Positions 31,082-43,700 of a stretch of DNA of 64,000 bases are shown one piece after another (positions within the stretch are counted from its first letter, which is position 1; every line of letters begins with the position of its first letter). Location: the NCBI RefSeq assembly GCF_009914755.1, contig NC_060942.1, one strand, 5' to 3'. The stretch is from the human T2T-CHM13v2.0 reference genome, Homo sapiens. The translations under genes were made by a program, and so were the position numbers. The notes under the pieces are model-generated. The model saw nothing but the letters and a program-made list of their open reading frames with translations, made no database searches and was not told where the DNA came from.

Positions 31082-31926
31082 TGTGAAACCATCTTAATTG
31101 TCCCATAGAGCTGATATTTATGTTTTTTAAAAAATAAATATAGAAATTGAACCTCCCGGTCTTAAAACCTGAAGCTTGTATTTGTCCTATCTGAGTTTCT
31201 TCCTCAGGAAACCAACTCTCTGTCAAGGGCCTGAAACTCACCAGATCACCACATCCAGATGATGAGATGCCAGACCCTTCATTTCTCTTCCTTACCCCAC
31301 TCTAGTTCCTGTTTTACATTCCTTCCTGCTATAGAAACCCTCAATTTTAGTTCATGGAGGAGATGGATTCGAGACTTATCTCCTATTCTCCCAGTTGATG
31401 TCACCCAAATAAAAATCCTTCTTCCCTAGTGATATGGTTTGGATATTTGTCCCTACCCAAATCTCGTGTTGAACGTAATTCCCAATGTTGGAGGTAGGGC
31501 CTAGTGGGAGGTGTTTGGATCATGGTGGTGGATCTCTTATGAATGGCTTGGACCATCCTCTGAGGATAAGTGATATCTCGCTCTGAGTTCACAGGAGATC
31601 TCATTTTTCAGAAGTGTGTGGCACCTTTCACCTCACTCTCTCTTGCTTTTGCCATGTGACGTGGTTGCTCCCTCTTTGGCTTCCGCTGTGATTGGAAGCT
31701 TCCTGAGGCCTCCCCAGAAGCATATGTTGGTGTCATGATTCCTGTGCAGCCTGCAGAATCATGAGCCAATTAAACCTCTTTCTCTACAAATTACCCAGTC
31801 TCAGGTATTTCTTTATAGCAATGCAAGATTGGCCCAATACACCTAGCAACACTTGTTGTCTCGTGATTGGCTTTCCCTGCGGTGAGCTATGGGACCTGAA
31901 GCAAATCCCGCATGATTTGGTAATCA
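31082..31926 (+). mobile_element. LTR47-like solo LTR interrupted by an MST LTR
   Basis: tgtgaaacc...attgtcccatag...gaaactcaccagatcaccacatccaga; sequence resumes after the MST (caacacttgttgtctcgtgattggc). Confidence 0.7.
31430..31841 (+). mobile_element. MSTA-type MaLR solo LTR
   Basis: tgatatggtttgg...ccaataca; perfect 5-bp TSD cctag (31425-29, 31842-46). Confidence 0.92.
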
Positions 31927-32790
31927 TTGCTCCACTACATTTTAACCCATATGCTGTAACAGAGTTGAAATGGTATTTTTCTGTTGTGAAAATATTCAAC
32001 TTCATATGCACATTTAATAACTAATCGTTAACCATATGCTTTCTTTCCCAAAGGCATCCTTCAATATACATAAATAAGAACATGGTAATGAGTAATTTTT
32101 CTACACATGCAAGTTAACCTACTTTCCCAAGCACCCAGATAGTAAATAGGATATGATATGGACACTGGTGAAGATAAAGGTTCTTATCAACAATATAAAT
32201 ATATAAAACAAGTTAGGCTCTTTGTGCTAGAAAACAGGACTAGGAATACACCATATCAAAATGAAAGCTCATGTGGCAGGATAATAATTGTCATATTAAG
32301 TCCCTTTGGTGTATCATTAAATTTCTTTTCTTGGTTTCCTTGCTCTTCTCCTTTCGGACTGCTAGATATAGGTCTTTTGTGCTCTAGAGAACAGAGAACT
32401 CAGAATAGTTTGTTTTTAGGAGATGGAAAGAAAGATGAAATGCTTGGTCCCAGTGTAAACTGGAAGCACATTTGAATAGCAAGCCTCTTCTCATAGCATA
32501 GAAAAGAGCCCCCTGGGCTGGGCCCTGGAGGTGTTGCTGAGGAGGAAGCCCTGGGCTTTGCTGCCCTCCACTGAGACCAATTGAGCTCCAAAAGCTGTGT
32601 TGTGCAGTGGGTGGATTCAGCAGTAGAGCTCTCAGAAAACTTGGAAAGCCCAGATTAGAGGTCACTTGTGAGGCTCAGGATAGTCACTAAAGCAAGCGGG
32701 ACTTGACATTCTCCTTCGATTCTGCAGCAACTGCGGCACGGTGCTGATGGCAGGGCTGTTGTAGGCCAAGACAGGCCTAAGACAATCCCT

Positions 32791-33447
32791 TGTCTTCCAG
32801 AAGACCACCAGGATGGCTGCGTAGTAGAAAGGAGAGCTTTATTGGTGATACCAGTTTTCAAATCAGGAAGAGACAGTGTCTGGTATGTGTCGATTTTCTC
32901 TCTTCAAAGAGGAAAGTTGTGGGCTGGGTTTTATGTCTCACAGGGCCTGTATCACACAACAGAGTTAAAGTCTTGGGGAAAAGCTACACATATTTATGAG
33001 GTGAGTCAAACACACGCACAGTGGGTAAACATACTTGTAACATACATCCCATGCTCACTTTTGAGCAGGGTTTTACCATTAAAATGAGGTGGGATATTTG
33101 GCTGTTTACATCAAAAGGTGAACTATAGGACACAAAGACATTTTGTGTGCAGCCTGTATGAGCTGCTGAAACTGGCTTAAGGTCCACAGTTGCTTATCAG
33201 GAAAGAGTGTTTGAAAGACCATGCCTCTGTCCAGTCAGAGTCATAGCAGCAAACCCAAGTTGGAATTTGCCTGATAGTTCCAATTATTAGGAAGTTTAGT
33301 AGGAGTGTGGTTTTTCTTATAGCCAAAGGAATTTAGAAATTTGCCATGCCAGCCAGGGCCTGAACCATCAACCCAGAGGTTTTGTTTCCTTAACCTTAGA
33401 GTTCATCTTAATTGATAAAGGGGCATCTTTTGGTCTTTCAGACTACA
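32791..33447 (-). mobile_element. ERV1 solo LTR (same family as 15015-15593)
   Basis: TG...CA termini, 4-bp TSD ccct (32787-90, 33448-51). Confidence 0.8.
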
Positions 33448-33544
33448 CCCTGGAGGCTCCTCACTCAGCCTCAGAAGGGCATGGGAGAGAGCCTAAAGCT
33501 CCCTGACCACTCCCCTCTCCCCAGGAACAGGGGGTCGATTCTGG

Positions 33545-33720
33545 AATCAAATTACTGGCATCCAAATTCCACCCCTGCCACTTAACAGTTGTGTGAACTT
33601 GAGCAAATTACCCAACATCCCTGTGTCTTAATTTTCTTCTCTGTAGTAGGAGGATAATAAAAATGCCTGCTCCATATAGTTTATTATGAGATTAAGTAAG
33701 ATTATCCTTTTGACACATTT
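33545..33720 (+). mobile_element. MIR
   Basis: ctgccacttaacagttgtgtgaacttgagcaaattac...ttattatgagattaagt. Confidence 0.7.
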
Positions 33721-34826
33721 AACCTGACTGATACTGGTAAAAAAAAAAAAAAAAGAAAAAAGAAAAAGAAAATAAACATTCAGTAAATACTATGATTCTT
33801 ATCATGATTGTCTCAGAAAAATCACTGTTCTGAAAATGTAAGTTATTCAAATACCACATAAGCTAATACTCTGTGGATGTATTTCTAACTGAAGCAATCC
33901 ATCAATGCAAAGGTAGGTAAATAACAGTAACTAAAGCTAAGAGGGAAGTGTTCAAAGGCTCAGAGAAGTAAGGGGACGGGCTCACCAGGGGCAGTCAGTG
34001 TGTGTGTCCCGCCACTACACCAGTTTTCGAGTAAGCATAAGCTCGGGGGAGGAAACTGATCACAGAAATGCACCTGTGCATGGGGCTGGTTGTGCTGCTG
34101 GGGCAGGTGTGCATGTGCGGGGTGAAAATTAACGTCTTAGGGTTAATTTAGCCTGAGACTGAGGCATAGCTCAGAATAAAGCCTTATAAGAAATGATTTC
34201 TTGCAGCATGATTTCCAAACTTTAGCCTCCAAACCCTTTGTTTATTTGAAATCTAGTCTATAAACAGGATAAAAAAGCAGACCTGTTCTGCCTGGTCTAT
34301 TTCTCCCTCTGTGGTCTCACTGTCCTCTAGTGGGTCCATGAAACGGGGGAGATCATGGATCCCTCTGTTCTTGGGATCCCACATGCTTTTAGTAGTCTAG
34401 TCACCTCTAACAGGGCTCTCTCCAGGAACCATGGTTCACCCCCTCCTTCCCCCAAGCCTAAGGAAATCGCTTCCTATTTGCAGGACTATCTGCTCTAACT
34501 ACTTCCTCTATCCTAGGGCATCATCCTTCCTTGAGGATTTATGGTTCTATTTTACAAAAGCAAGCAGGCTTGGAACCATCTCTGGTTTTCTGCCCTGCAG
34601 AGCCTTTCCTGAGATAATGAGCAGGGGTGAGCTATGTTTGGCCTAGTAAAAGGAAAGTAGGGGACATCTGGGGTGGGTGGGGGTGTTATCAAAATATCTA
34701 GCCAGGCAGTTTTCTATGCATTAGGAAATAATTTTTTTCTCTGTATGCCACATTAAGACTATAAAATCTGTGAAGGCTGGACCCACAATGGGCAGCATGC
34801 ACAGAAACTGGCAAATGGTAAGAACT

Positions 34827-34892
34827 TAGAGAGAGAGAGAGAGAGACAGAGAGAGAGGGGGGAGGGGTAGAGAGAGAAAGAGGGAGAGAGAG
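34827..34892. repeat. (GA)n-rich polypurine tract
   Basis: Direct reading. Confidence 0.9.
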
Positions 34893-35354
34893 AATAAATT
34901 AACTGCTAAGGCTGCACAGAAAACACTGTGAACTACTCATTTGTCCAAATCTTTGACAGAATGACACATTAACCATCTGGAATATATGCCCTCTTCTCTA
35001 AATCTCATGAATTCCCCATGTCCCTTTGCAGGTTTTCCAGTGGTTCTCCCATAACTGTCAGTAAGCACTACCTTATATCTTAGCTACTGCTTCTATTTAA
35101 AGATGTCTCAGCCTTCTACTATGCCTTCTGTAGCAATGGCTAGTCACTTGTCAGAACCCTGTAAGAGAGTTCTTTGTGTACTTGAACACTTGGATCATCC
35201 CTGTGCCTGCTTTTCCATGAATCAAACAATCCAAACTCTTAATAATATTATTTTTCACAAACCCTGTTTTTCATTAGTTTGTAATTTGGGACTGTTATTG
35301 TTTTCTGTAGTTTCAGCCAAATTTTGTATGTTACTTTCTAAATGTAGAGACCAG

Positions 35355-35520
35355 GGTAGGAGTTGGGACTATGAGGAGAAATTACTTAATGGGTAAAATG
35401 TATGTTAGTCTTGTGATAGATGCCTAAAAAGCCCTGGTTTGACCACTACACAATCAATGCATATTAACAATATTGCCCTTGGACCCCATAGATTTATGGA
35501 AATTAAACTTTTTTAAAAAA
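35355..35520 (+). mobile_element. short L1MA/MB 3' end
   Basis: gagaaattacttaatgggta...aaaagccctggtttgaccactacacaatc; TSD gtagagac(c/t)ag. Confidence 0.75.
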
Positions 35521-35649
35521 AAGTAGAGACTAGAGTGAAAACAGAACTTTGTCTCACTAAATTAACCCTTGCTTTGCATTCCTTCCTGAAACATCCTCAC
35601 AGGTACCCACAGCACATTGCTGGGAGCTAGGCTCAGGAACTATTTGCTA

Positions 35650-35840
35650 GAAAAACTGAGGTCAAGTTGGAATCCTGGTCTGATACTTCCCATCCCTGTG
35701 AACTTAATATTGTGTAATAATCGTAGCAGTGTCCCCTGTGGGTGGCTGGGAGGGTCTGTGAGTTCATCCATGTGGAGCATTTAGAACAATGGCCAGGACA
35801 AAGTATAGGTTCAATAAATGTTTGTTATTGGTTCTGTTGT
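35650..35840 (+). mobile_element. MIR
   Basis: agcatttagaacaatggccaggacaaagtataggttcaataaatg. Confidence 0.6.
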
Positions 35841-37455
35841 TATTGCTGCTACTGTTGTTATCATTATTACTACTATTACATATCAGGCTCAGTGTACTCA
35901 GAAGAAACTTAAAGTACGGTGAGTCACAGGCAGCCTGCAGTAGGGAAGAAAGAGAAGGTAAGTAGGGGAAGGGCACAAGATGAGTGGAGACCTTAAATTC
36001 CCACCTGCCTTATTAACTACGTCCAGACTTTGTTCTCCAAGTCTGGTATGGTGCCTGGTTCCTGTTCCATAAATATTCATTAGATGGATTAATCCAATTT
36101 ACCTTCTCACCATCTTTCTGTGAGCAAGCAACTTTTTAAAGACTATTAAATGACCATAGAACAAACTAAGTGTCTCCCTGGAGAGACTTCCTTGGAGAAA
36201 GCTTTCCTCCTGCTCTCCTCAGGGCACATTTTCTAAGCAATTCTATGAAACTCTACAATTGTTGTTAGAAAAAAAGTAACTCAAAGCCCAGCGTCTGTCT
36301 GCAGGGCCTACAGGGGATGACATCTTGTATAGGTGACATATATTTCCATGTGCTCAGAGCACAGCCCTCCAAAGTTAAACATTCCCAAGCTGATTATTGT
36401 TTGTCTATGCCAGACAATAATTAATTATGCCAGTGAGCGCCAGAGGCAGCAGAAACTGAAAAGTGAAGAATGATCTTTTATCAAAAACCCCGAACTGATT
36501 GTGGAGTAGCTCCAGTACTCTGGCTCTGCCAGCAAGAGAGCGGGATTTGCTCCGTTCTGCTCTGCCATACTTCTATGTTCTGCTTCAGCAGAGTGTGGAA
36601 GGGTCATATGCCTGCAATCTGACAGCCCCGTGCGGCCCCTGGGGAAGAGCCCATGGCTTGCCCTTCTCCCGCCCCTCTCAGGGGGCCACCCTGAATCAGA
36701 TGGTTCTTGCTTCAACACAATGGATATGTCCTTTACTTGTGCTGTTTCTGTCTTATATTGACTAGTTTGTGGTCCTATAAAAAAAAATCCTACTTATTTA
36801 ATATGCTGTTCAAATTCCTGCTTCCCAAAGAAAACTATAGCATTACTATAGATGTGAAGAACATCCTTCATGATAGCAGTGAATGCAGCCCAACACTGTA
36901 ACTATCATCTGTTCCCTTCATGACCAAACATTGTATCAAGGACAGTTGTTCAGCTTTAGGAGATGCCTACATCTTGGTACATCATATCAATAAATGAAAC
37001 TTTAAAAATAATCATCTATATAGATAATGAAAAAAATTGTATGGCAAACCACTGGAAATGATCTCATGAAAATCCAGAATAAAATAAAGGAGCCCAATAC
37101 CATGATAGTTATTTAATATTTTAGGTAGTTTTTGACAATTACAAGAAAGCATGAAACACACATTAGGTGCATATGTAAAGAAAATAATAAAATTATTGTT
37201 TCTTGTAGATGGCATAATTTTAAGCCCAGAAGTAGTAAAACAATCAACTGAAAAATTATGAGAATTCTAAAAATTCAAGGAAATAATTACATACAAGGTA
37301 AATATACTAAAATGAATAGTGTTCATGTATATTGGCATAGCCAATTTTTAAAAAATTGTCATTAAAACAAGTTATTATTATTAATAATAAATAGTAGACA
37401 GATATAATAATAGACAGTATTCCTGGATACACAATCTTAAACATTGTTGTGGCTT

Positions 37456-37620
37456 AGCTGGGCACAGTGGCATGTACCTAGGGTCCCAGCTGCTAGGTAG
37501 GCTGAGGCAGGAGGATCACTCGAGCCTAGGAGTTCAAGGCTGTGGTGAGCTCTGATTGTGCCAGTGCACTACAGCCTAGACAACAGAGCAAGACCCTGTC
37601 TCGAAAAAAAAAAAAAAAAA
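37456..37620 (+). mobile_element. FRAM / Alu right monomer
   Basis: Single right monomer with A tail. Confidence 0.88.
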
Positions 37621-37894
37621 CCATGAAAATCCTTGAGGCCTAAGTGAAAAACTGGGAAAACATGGAGTAGTAGAAAGATTAGAAGAATGAAGCAATGTAA
37701 GTGAACACTACACCTGTGGGTCACTGAGGCAGCCTGGCTGCAGAGGCAGGTTACCATCCAGCCCACTCCATCACTACGGGACAGGGCCCATGTGTTACTG
37801 GAGTCTCTGAGACTTGCCAGGGAAGCTCCCCAGCAGGGCCTTGGCCATCTCAGATTCTCCTGTTTGGATCTTTCCGCAGGTGTTGTCACAGCGA

Positions 37895-38150
37895 ATGACC
37901 ACCCACTTCCTGCCTCTGCTCAAAAGTCACTTCTCAGTTTCTATTTTACCCTAGCACCATTCTATTAAAATTACAAAGCACCTCACCGACCCATCTCCCT
38001 GTGCCTGTTTTATTTTCTCCCTTGCACTTATCAGCTCAAACATAGTACATAATTGATTCATTTGTTCACGGTCTTTCTCTACCAATGCAAGCGCCATGAG
38101 GGCAGGGATATTTTCAGTCTTGTTCACCACCACATTGAAAGAATGAGTGT
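37895..38150 (+). mobile_element. L2 3' fragment
   Basis: ccatgagggcagggatattttcagtcttgttcacc...ttgaaagaatgagtg. Confidence 0.65.
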
Positions 38151-38861
38151 AACAAAACATGCACAATTTAAAAAGAAAACCACCAAAAATAAAACATTAA
38201 CTGTGCTATGGGAATGATATTATGGGTAATTATTTTTCTAATATTTTCCAGACCTTTTATAGCTTGAATTGTTGCCTTTATTAAAATAAATTTATATTTT
38301 AGGAGAGTTATTGTTCTCTTGCCTACCTAGCTCATTCCTCAAACTGTTTTCTAGGGAAAAAAGCACAGAGCAAGGAACAGACAGGCTCATCAGGCAGGCT
38401 GATGGCAAAAAAAACCCCACACACAATCTATTTTCATTAGGCCTCTTTTAGTTTCATTGTTTTAAATCAAGTTAAATGTTCTTAACTGTAACTGTCATCT
38501 GTTTCTTGTGACCACACTTTTATCTTCACTTTTTAATTACCATTTTTAAAAATAGATCATACAATCCTTTCTGATTCCAAATTGAATACCTCCAGCTATT
38601 CCCAAATTTAAATGAGTAAGATTAATTAACATTTAATCTAAATGGTCCTAAAAGTATGCTTCTTTAGTTACTAATGCTCAGTGAATTTTCTGTTTTAGTT
38701 TTATCACAGCTGCTGAATCTATTCTTTTTAAAAAACTCACTCTTAGCATTCACACACATTTTTTGGACTACTATATAGGTGTGTGTGTGTGTATACATTT
38801 TATATATATCTCTCTATATCTCTCTATATATCTATATATATCTCTAGAGAGAGAGAGAGAG

Positions 38862-39004
38862 TTTTTTTTTTTTTTTGTTTTTTTTTGGAGAGGCAAGGTC
38901 TTACTACATTGCTCAGGCGGTCTAGAACACTTGGCCTCAAGCAATTCTCCTGCCTTGGCTCCCCATAGCACCAGGATTATAGGCATGAGCCACTGTGCCC
39001 AGCC
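38862..39004 (-). mobile_element. FLAM with tail abutting a TG/TA/TC/GA microsatellite (38779-38861)
   Basis: Left monomer. Confidence 0.85.
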
Positions 39005-39047
39005 TGGCCTATTATATTTTAAACTGAGTTATTAAAAATTAAAATTA

Positions 39048-39345
39048 GACCAGGCATGGTGGCTTACACCTGTAATCCCAGTACGTTGGAAGGCCAAGGC
39101 AGGAGGATCGCTTGAGCCCAGGAGTTTGAGACAAACCTAGGAAAGATGGGGAGACACTGTCTCTACAAAGAAAAAAAAAATTCACTGGGTGTGCTGGCAC
39201 TGGCCTGTAGTCCTTACTATAGGAGGCTGAGGTGGGAGGATCCCTTAAGCCCAGGAGTTTGAGGCTGCAGTAAGCTATGATTGCATCACTGCACTCCAGC
39301 CTGGGTGACAGAGGGAGACCCTGCCTCTAACAAAAAATAAATTAA
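39048..39345 (+). mobile_element. AluJ
   Basis: Dimeric Alu. Confidence 0.92.
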
Positions 39346-40458
39346 TTAAAATTATTTACTAGGTGGTTGCTTTAAGAAACTTTTGTGTTTAGCTCAGGCA
39401 ACATAGTTGAAGATGGTTACTAGTAACTCCTGAAGAAAAAGACCCTCAGTCTTTGTGCAAGTGAGGGTGGAGTTGGAGCCCGGTCACCAAGTTCCTTGGA
39501 GGATTTCTTGGTATGTATGGTACACTCTGGAGGCCTTTAGTTAAATGAGGACTCTTACTTAGCTTTATGGTTAGTTCCATAATAAAAGCTTTGGGGCCTA
39601 TTTCCAGCCAGCCTCCTTTTTCATTCCTGAGAAGGAAAATATCGGTCACACCTGGTTCCCAAGAAAGACCCTGGAAAGCCTAATTAAACTTTAATTATAA
39701 CTTAGTGATTATGGACTCAGAATAAAAGTTTATATGATAGCTATGTTTAATTTTATTAAAAGGTCCATGGCTTGTCATTCCTACATTTTCGGGAACTGTT
39801 CAAGATTTACTGCTCAGCAAAGACCAAGCACTTTTGGAATGAGGTGACCTCAGAGCCCTCATGAAAGGACTTTGTAACCTTTCCAATGCCCCAAATGTTC
39901 CCACTCAACCAAAAATTAAACTGGCAGCTGCCCACCTGCTCTCAGCACACTCCAAGTGGCAGGAAGCCCCTGAAGCAGTCGGTTCCTGGACAACCGTTTG
40001 TACATTTCCATTCAGTGACCCAAACAATCTCCATCGAGCCCACTTTGTGGGGTCTCCATTCCTTTCTCTGTTCTCTTGGCCCCCAAGAGCTCATGATGTA
40101 ATTCTCCGGCAAAGCAGGCTTGCCAAAAGATGTTTGCTTCACTGCGTCCTCAAGAGCAAAACTATCACACATTTATTCTGAAGCAATATCTAAATGTCCA
40201 AGATCAAAATGTCAGTGAAGATGTTAGGATATTCTGCATGATTAGACCATGCCTTTATATCAGAGATACAGTACTAAATTCTGTGTCCAGACTATACCTG
40301 TTGGGCCTGGCTAGACCTGCCACAGGCTGTATGTGAAGGCCATATCCGGATGCATGAAATCCCCAGAGCTGGGCTCAAACAGCCACTTAACATGGAAACG
40401 TTCGGTCATGGAGACACCACTCTCAAGGGATATTTGCTAATAAACCAGGAAACAGAAT

Positions 40459-40912
40459 CTGTAGCTGAGACTGCCAGTGTTTCCCTTTGTCCATTCTCTC
40501 TTTCTTCCTGTACCCCCAATTTAAGACGAGCCCATGGCTACCCAGTCAAAAACTCCATTTCCTAGTTCCCTTGCCACTCTATGTGGCCTTGCAACTAAAT
40601 TCTAGCCAACAAAACATGTGTCCCTGTGACGTGTGCAACTTCTGAGTTGTGTGTCTAAAGGGGAGAGGTGTTCCCCCTCCCACAGGCAGGAAAGTAGACA
40701 GAAGCAGGAGCTAGCAGAACACAAGATGGAAGTCATTAGTTGAGAACAGGATAACAGCAAGGAATCTAGGTCCTCAATGCCACAGAGGCACAGTATCAGC
40801 TCTGGGCTGTTCACACTCACACTGTTATATAAAGTAGAAATACAGCCCTATCTTGTTGAAGCCACTGGTGTTTTGGCTTTTGTTATAGCAGACTTGTATT
40901 CCAACTAAAACA
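40459..40912 (+). mobile_element. MLT1 (MaLR) LTR
   Basis: catttcctagttcccttgc...aaattctagccaa...cttgttgaagccactg...ttgttatagcag. Confidence 0.7.
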
Positions 40913-40999
40913 AACCAAAGGTCAAGATCTGGAAATGCAGAAAATTAGCCTATCAAGCTGTTTTGGTTATGCAGAAAAGAGAATAGAAGATAAACTAAG

Positions 41000-41215
41000 G
41001 TCAAAAATAGGAATTAAACACTGTAGGATTACTATAGTTAACAATAATGTAAAATAGCTAGAAGGAGGATAACTGAATGTATCCTAAGGAAGATAAATGT
41101 TTGAGACTATGGATATGCTAATTACTTTTTCTGACCACTATACATTTCATGTATTGCAACATCACTATGTCTCCCATTAGTATGTGCAATTATTATAGCA
41201 ATTAAAAATTTTTAA
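41000..41215 (+). mobile_element. L1MA 3' end fragment
   Basis: actatagttaacaataatgt...aaatagctagaaggaggat...ggatatgctaattac...acatcactatgt. Confidence 0.75.
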
Positions 41216-42087
41216 TATAATGGGAATTTCAAAAAATAAAAAAAGTAGAGGATGATCAAGTTAAAATGAAATGTTTCAGAGCCCATTTTGTGAACCCTGA
41301 AGATCCGTCAGCGTGCTCCGCATATGCCCATCCAGGGACAACCACTTAATGGGACTAAGACAAGCTCAGTGCCATGACTGGTGTACCTTAGCTCTTAATT
41401 CATTGGGTAGGGCTTTGGGCTTGTAATTTTGTAATAGATTTAGATTCTTTTCTCTGTCATATGAGAAAAATAATTGAATGAAGTGGAGTTATTCAGCCTA
41501 CCTCTAAATAAAACCTGCAGAATTTTAACATGAATATTTAATATTAAATGTGAATGATCACAAATCACTAGACTGTTGACCCACAGTTGTATTTGTCCTA
41601 AAACAATATCCTCTTTGAATACTGTACTAACATTCAATTTTTGCATTTATTTTTGGTTTCTGAAATCAGATTAGAAAAACTAACCAATGACTAGGAAACT
41701 CTAAACTTTAGTCACAATGGAAAGCAAGAGTTATTTTCAGTTGTCTTTCATGTGGGGTTAATAATGATTTGTTAATTAACTTTCTAATTAGTTTTGTGAT
41801 TAAATCTTGTATAGGATCTTCAGTGTATAATCAGAACTAATCTCCATACTCTTGTTGAATCACAGGGAATTTTCTTATGAGCCATGTAAAGACTAAAAAG
41901 AAAATTTATTTTGATTCCAAGCAAAATTTTAATGACACAACTAATTAGAAGAAAGATATTCAGATTCTTACTAGAATTTGGTCATTATCTTACCTTTGTT
42001 AAACTTAGAAACATAAGATATTTTCGCTTCCATACAATGAAGAAGACTGAATTCCAGAAATATACTAAATTATGGAATGTATTCCAG

Positions 42088-42210
42088 AGCTGGCGTGGTG
42101 ACTCACACCTGTGATCCCAACATTTTGGGAGGTCAGGGTGGGAGGGTAGCTTCAACCCAGGAGTTCCAGCCTGGGCAACATAGTGAGACCCTGCCTCTAT
42201 TTTTAAAAAA
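42088..42210 (+). mobile_element. FLAM
   Basis: Left monomer. Confidence 0.85.
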
Positions 42211-42346
42211 ATTGAGAAGAAAAATGGGGAAAAATGTATGCATTCCAATTTTAGTTTTTTCTCTGTGTGAAGATGTATACCTTCTTCAGTTAAAAAAAAA
42301 AAACAACTTTCTGTGCTACCTCTATTGCCATGTCGATAACATGCAC

Positions 42347-42657
42347 TTTTATTAATTTTAATTGTAATTTTTTTGAGACAGTGTCTCACTCTGTTGCACA
42401 GGCAGGAGTACAGTGGTGCAATCACGGCTCACTGAAGTCTCAACCTGCTGGACTCAAGCGATCCTCCCATCTCAGCCTCCTGGGTAGCTGAGACCACAGG
42501 CACATGCCACTATGTCCGGCTAATTTTTGTATTTTTTGTAGAAATGGGGTTTCACCATTTTGACCAGGCTGGTCTTCAGCTCCTGGGCTCAAGTGATCCA
42601 CCCACCCCAGGCTCCCAAAGTTCTGGGATTACAGGCATGAGTCATTGCACCCACCCA
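42347..42657 (-). mobile_element. AluJ
   Basis: TSD gtcgataacat at 42332-42342 and 42658-42668. Confidence 0.93.
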
Positions 42658-43443
42658 GTCGATAACATATACAATGGAGAAAAAAGTTACTTCATAGAGA
42701 TAGTAATTGTGGTTTTCAGTGGACATCATCGCAGTAAGTAGTTTGGAATCATTCATTGCTGATTAAATTCCAATGCCTCTCAATGTCTAAGAAGGCAGTA
42801 ACTAAGCACCTTTTGGCTCCTGAGGAGAGATCATGCTCAGAATCATCCCTAGAAAATGATGAAGAGTGGTCTGCCCCAGGACAAGCTCTTCTGCGAGTCT
42901 GCAGGTAAAACCCCCATGTAAAGGCACAAACCCAGTAAATTCTCATGAAACTCTAAATAGAGAGTTTTCTAACTTAATTTTCATAGTCAAGGGGCATGTG
43001 TTAGAGAGATACAGGAAACAGACATGGTGAAAGAACATCTGAGACACTGAAGGCAGGGGGAATCTTCAAGATGGCACTGAACCTGGTGGGTGACACCCTG
43101 GTAACCTCAGAAAGGATGAGAACTGGACCCCGCCCTCACCCCACAGACACACACACAACTTCCCAATCTGGCTGAGGAAACATTCTGTGGAAATAATTCA
43201 GTGACAGCAGTATTTTGCAAAAGGCATCTGCAGAGGGCATTCATATTCAGATAAAGTCCCATCTCTAGAGTTGTACATATAAGGTGATGTGTAAAATGCT
43301 ACAAGAACTGAAAAACAATAGTAACGGAAGTTCCATGATAAACTCTATATAGCTGGGACTAAAGGCATCTGAACTTTGAAGACTTAAATTTAAATAACTC
43401 AAATAAGACACAGAACACAGTTTGTACTAAGAGATGGTAACCA

Positions 43444-43548
43444 GTGCTGGCTTTGGCCATACATATACTAAAATTGGACCTATTCAGAGAAGATTAGTAT
43501 GGTCCCTATGCAAGGATGACGCGCACATTTGTGAGTGTTCCTATTTTT
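43444..43548 (+). pseudogene. U6 snRNA pseudogene, full length (5' part of a chimera)
   Basis: gtgctggctttggccatacatatactaaaattggacctattcagagaagattagtatggtccctatgcaaggatgacgcgcacatttgtgagtgttcctattttt aligns end to end with U6; the ACAGAGA box is mutated (tcagaga). Confidence 0.95.
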
Positions 43549-43700
43549 ATGTGTGGCCAGTATCTCCATCAGTGTGCAAAGGATGTGGGTTTCATTAAGC
43601 TGGACTAAGTGATCTTCTCTGAATGGATTATCCAAGGAATCCACCCAATGAAAGCAACCATGCTAACTCTTTGTACACCAAATAAAAATTTAAAAGAAGA
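43549..43700 (+). pseudogene. 5'-truncated RPS29 processed pseudogene fragment (3' part of the U6 chimera)
   Basis: 43549-43608 translates MCGQYLHQCAKDVGFIKLD* vs RPS29 C-terminus MCRQCFRQYAKDIGFIKLD* (13/19 identical); RPS29-like 3'UTR (ggattatcc...caatgaaa...accatg...ctttgta), AATAAA at 43681-86, A-rich tail. Confidence 0.9.

Noticed and set aside
43444-43548. Functional U6 gene
   Set aside because: Many substitutions including the ACAGAGA box; bounded by a TSD and fused to an mRNA tail; no convincing PSE/TATA at the expected spacing.
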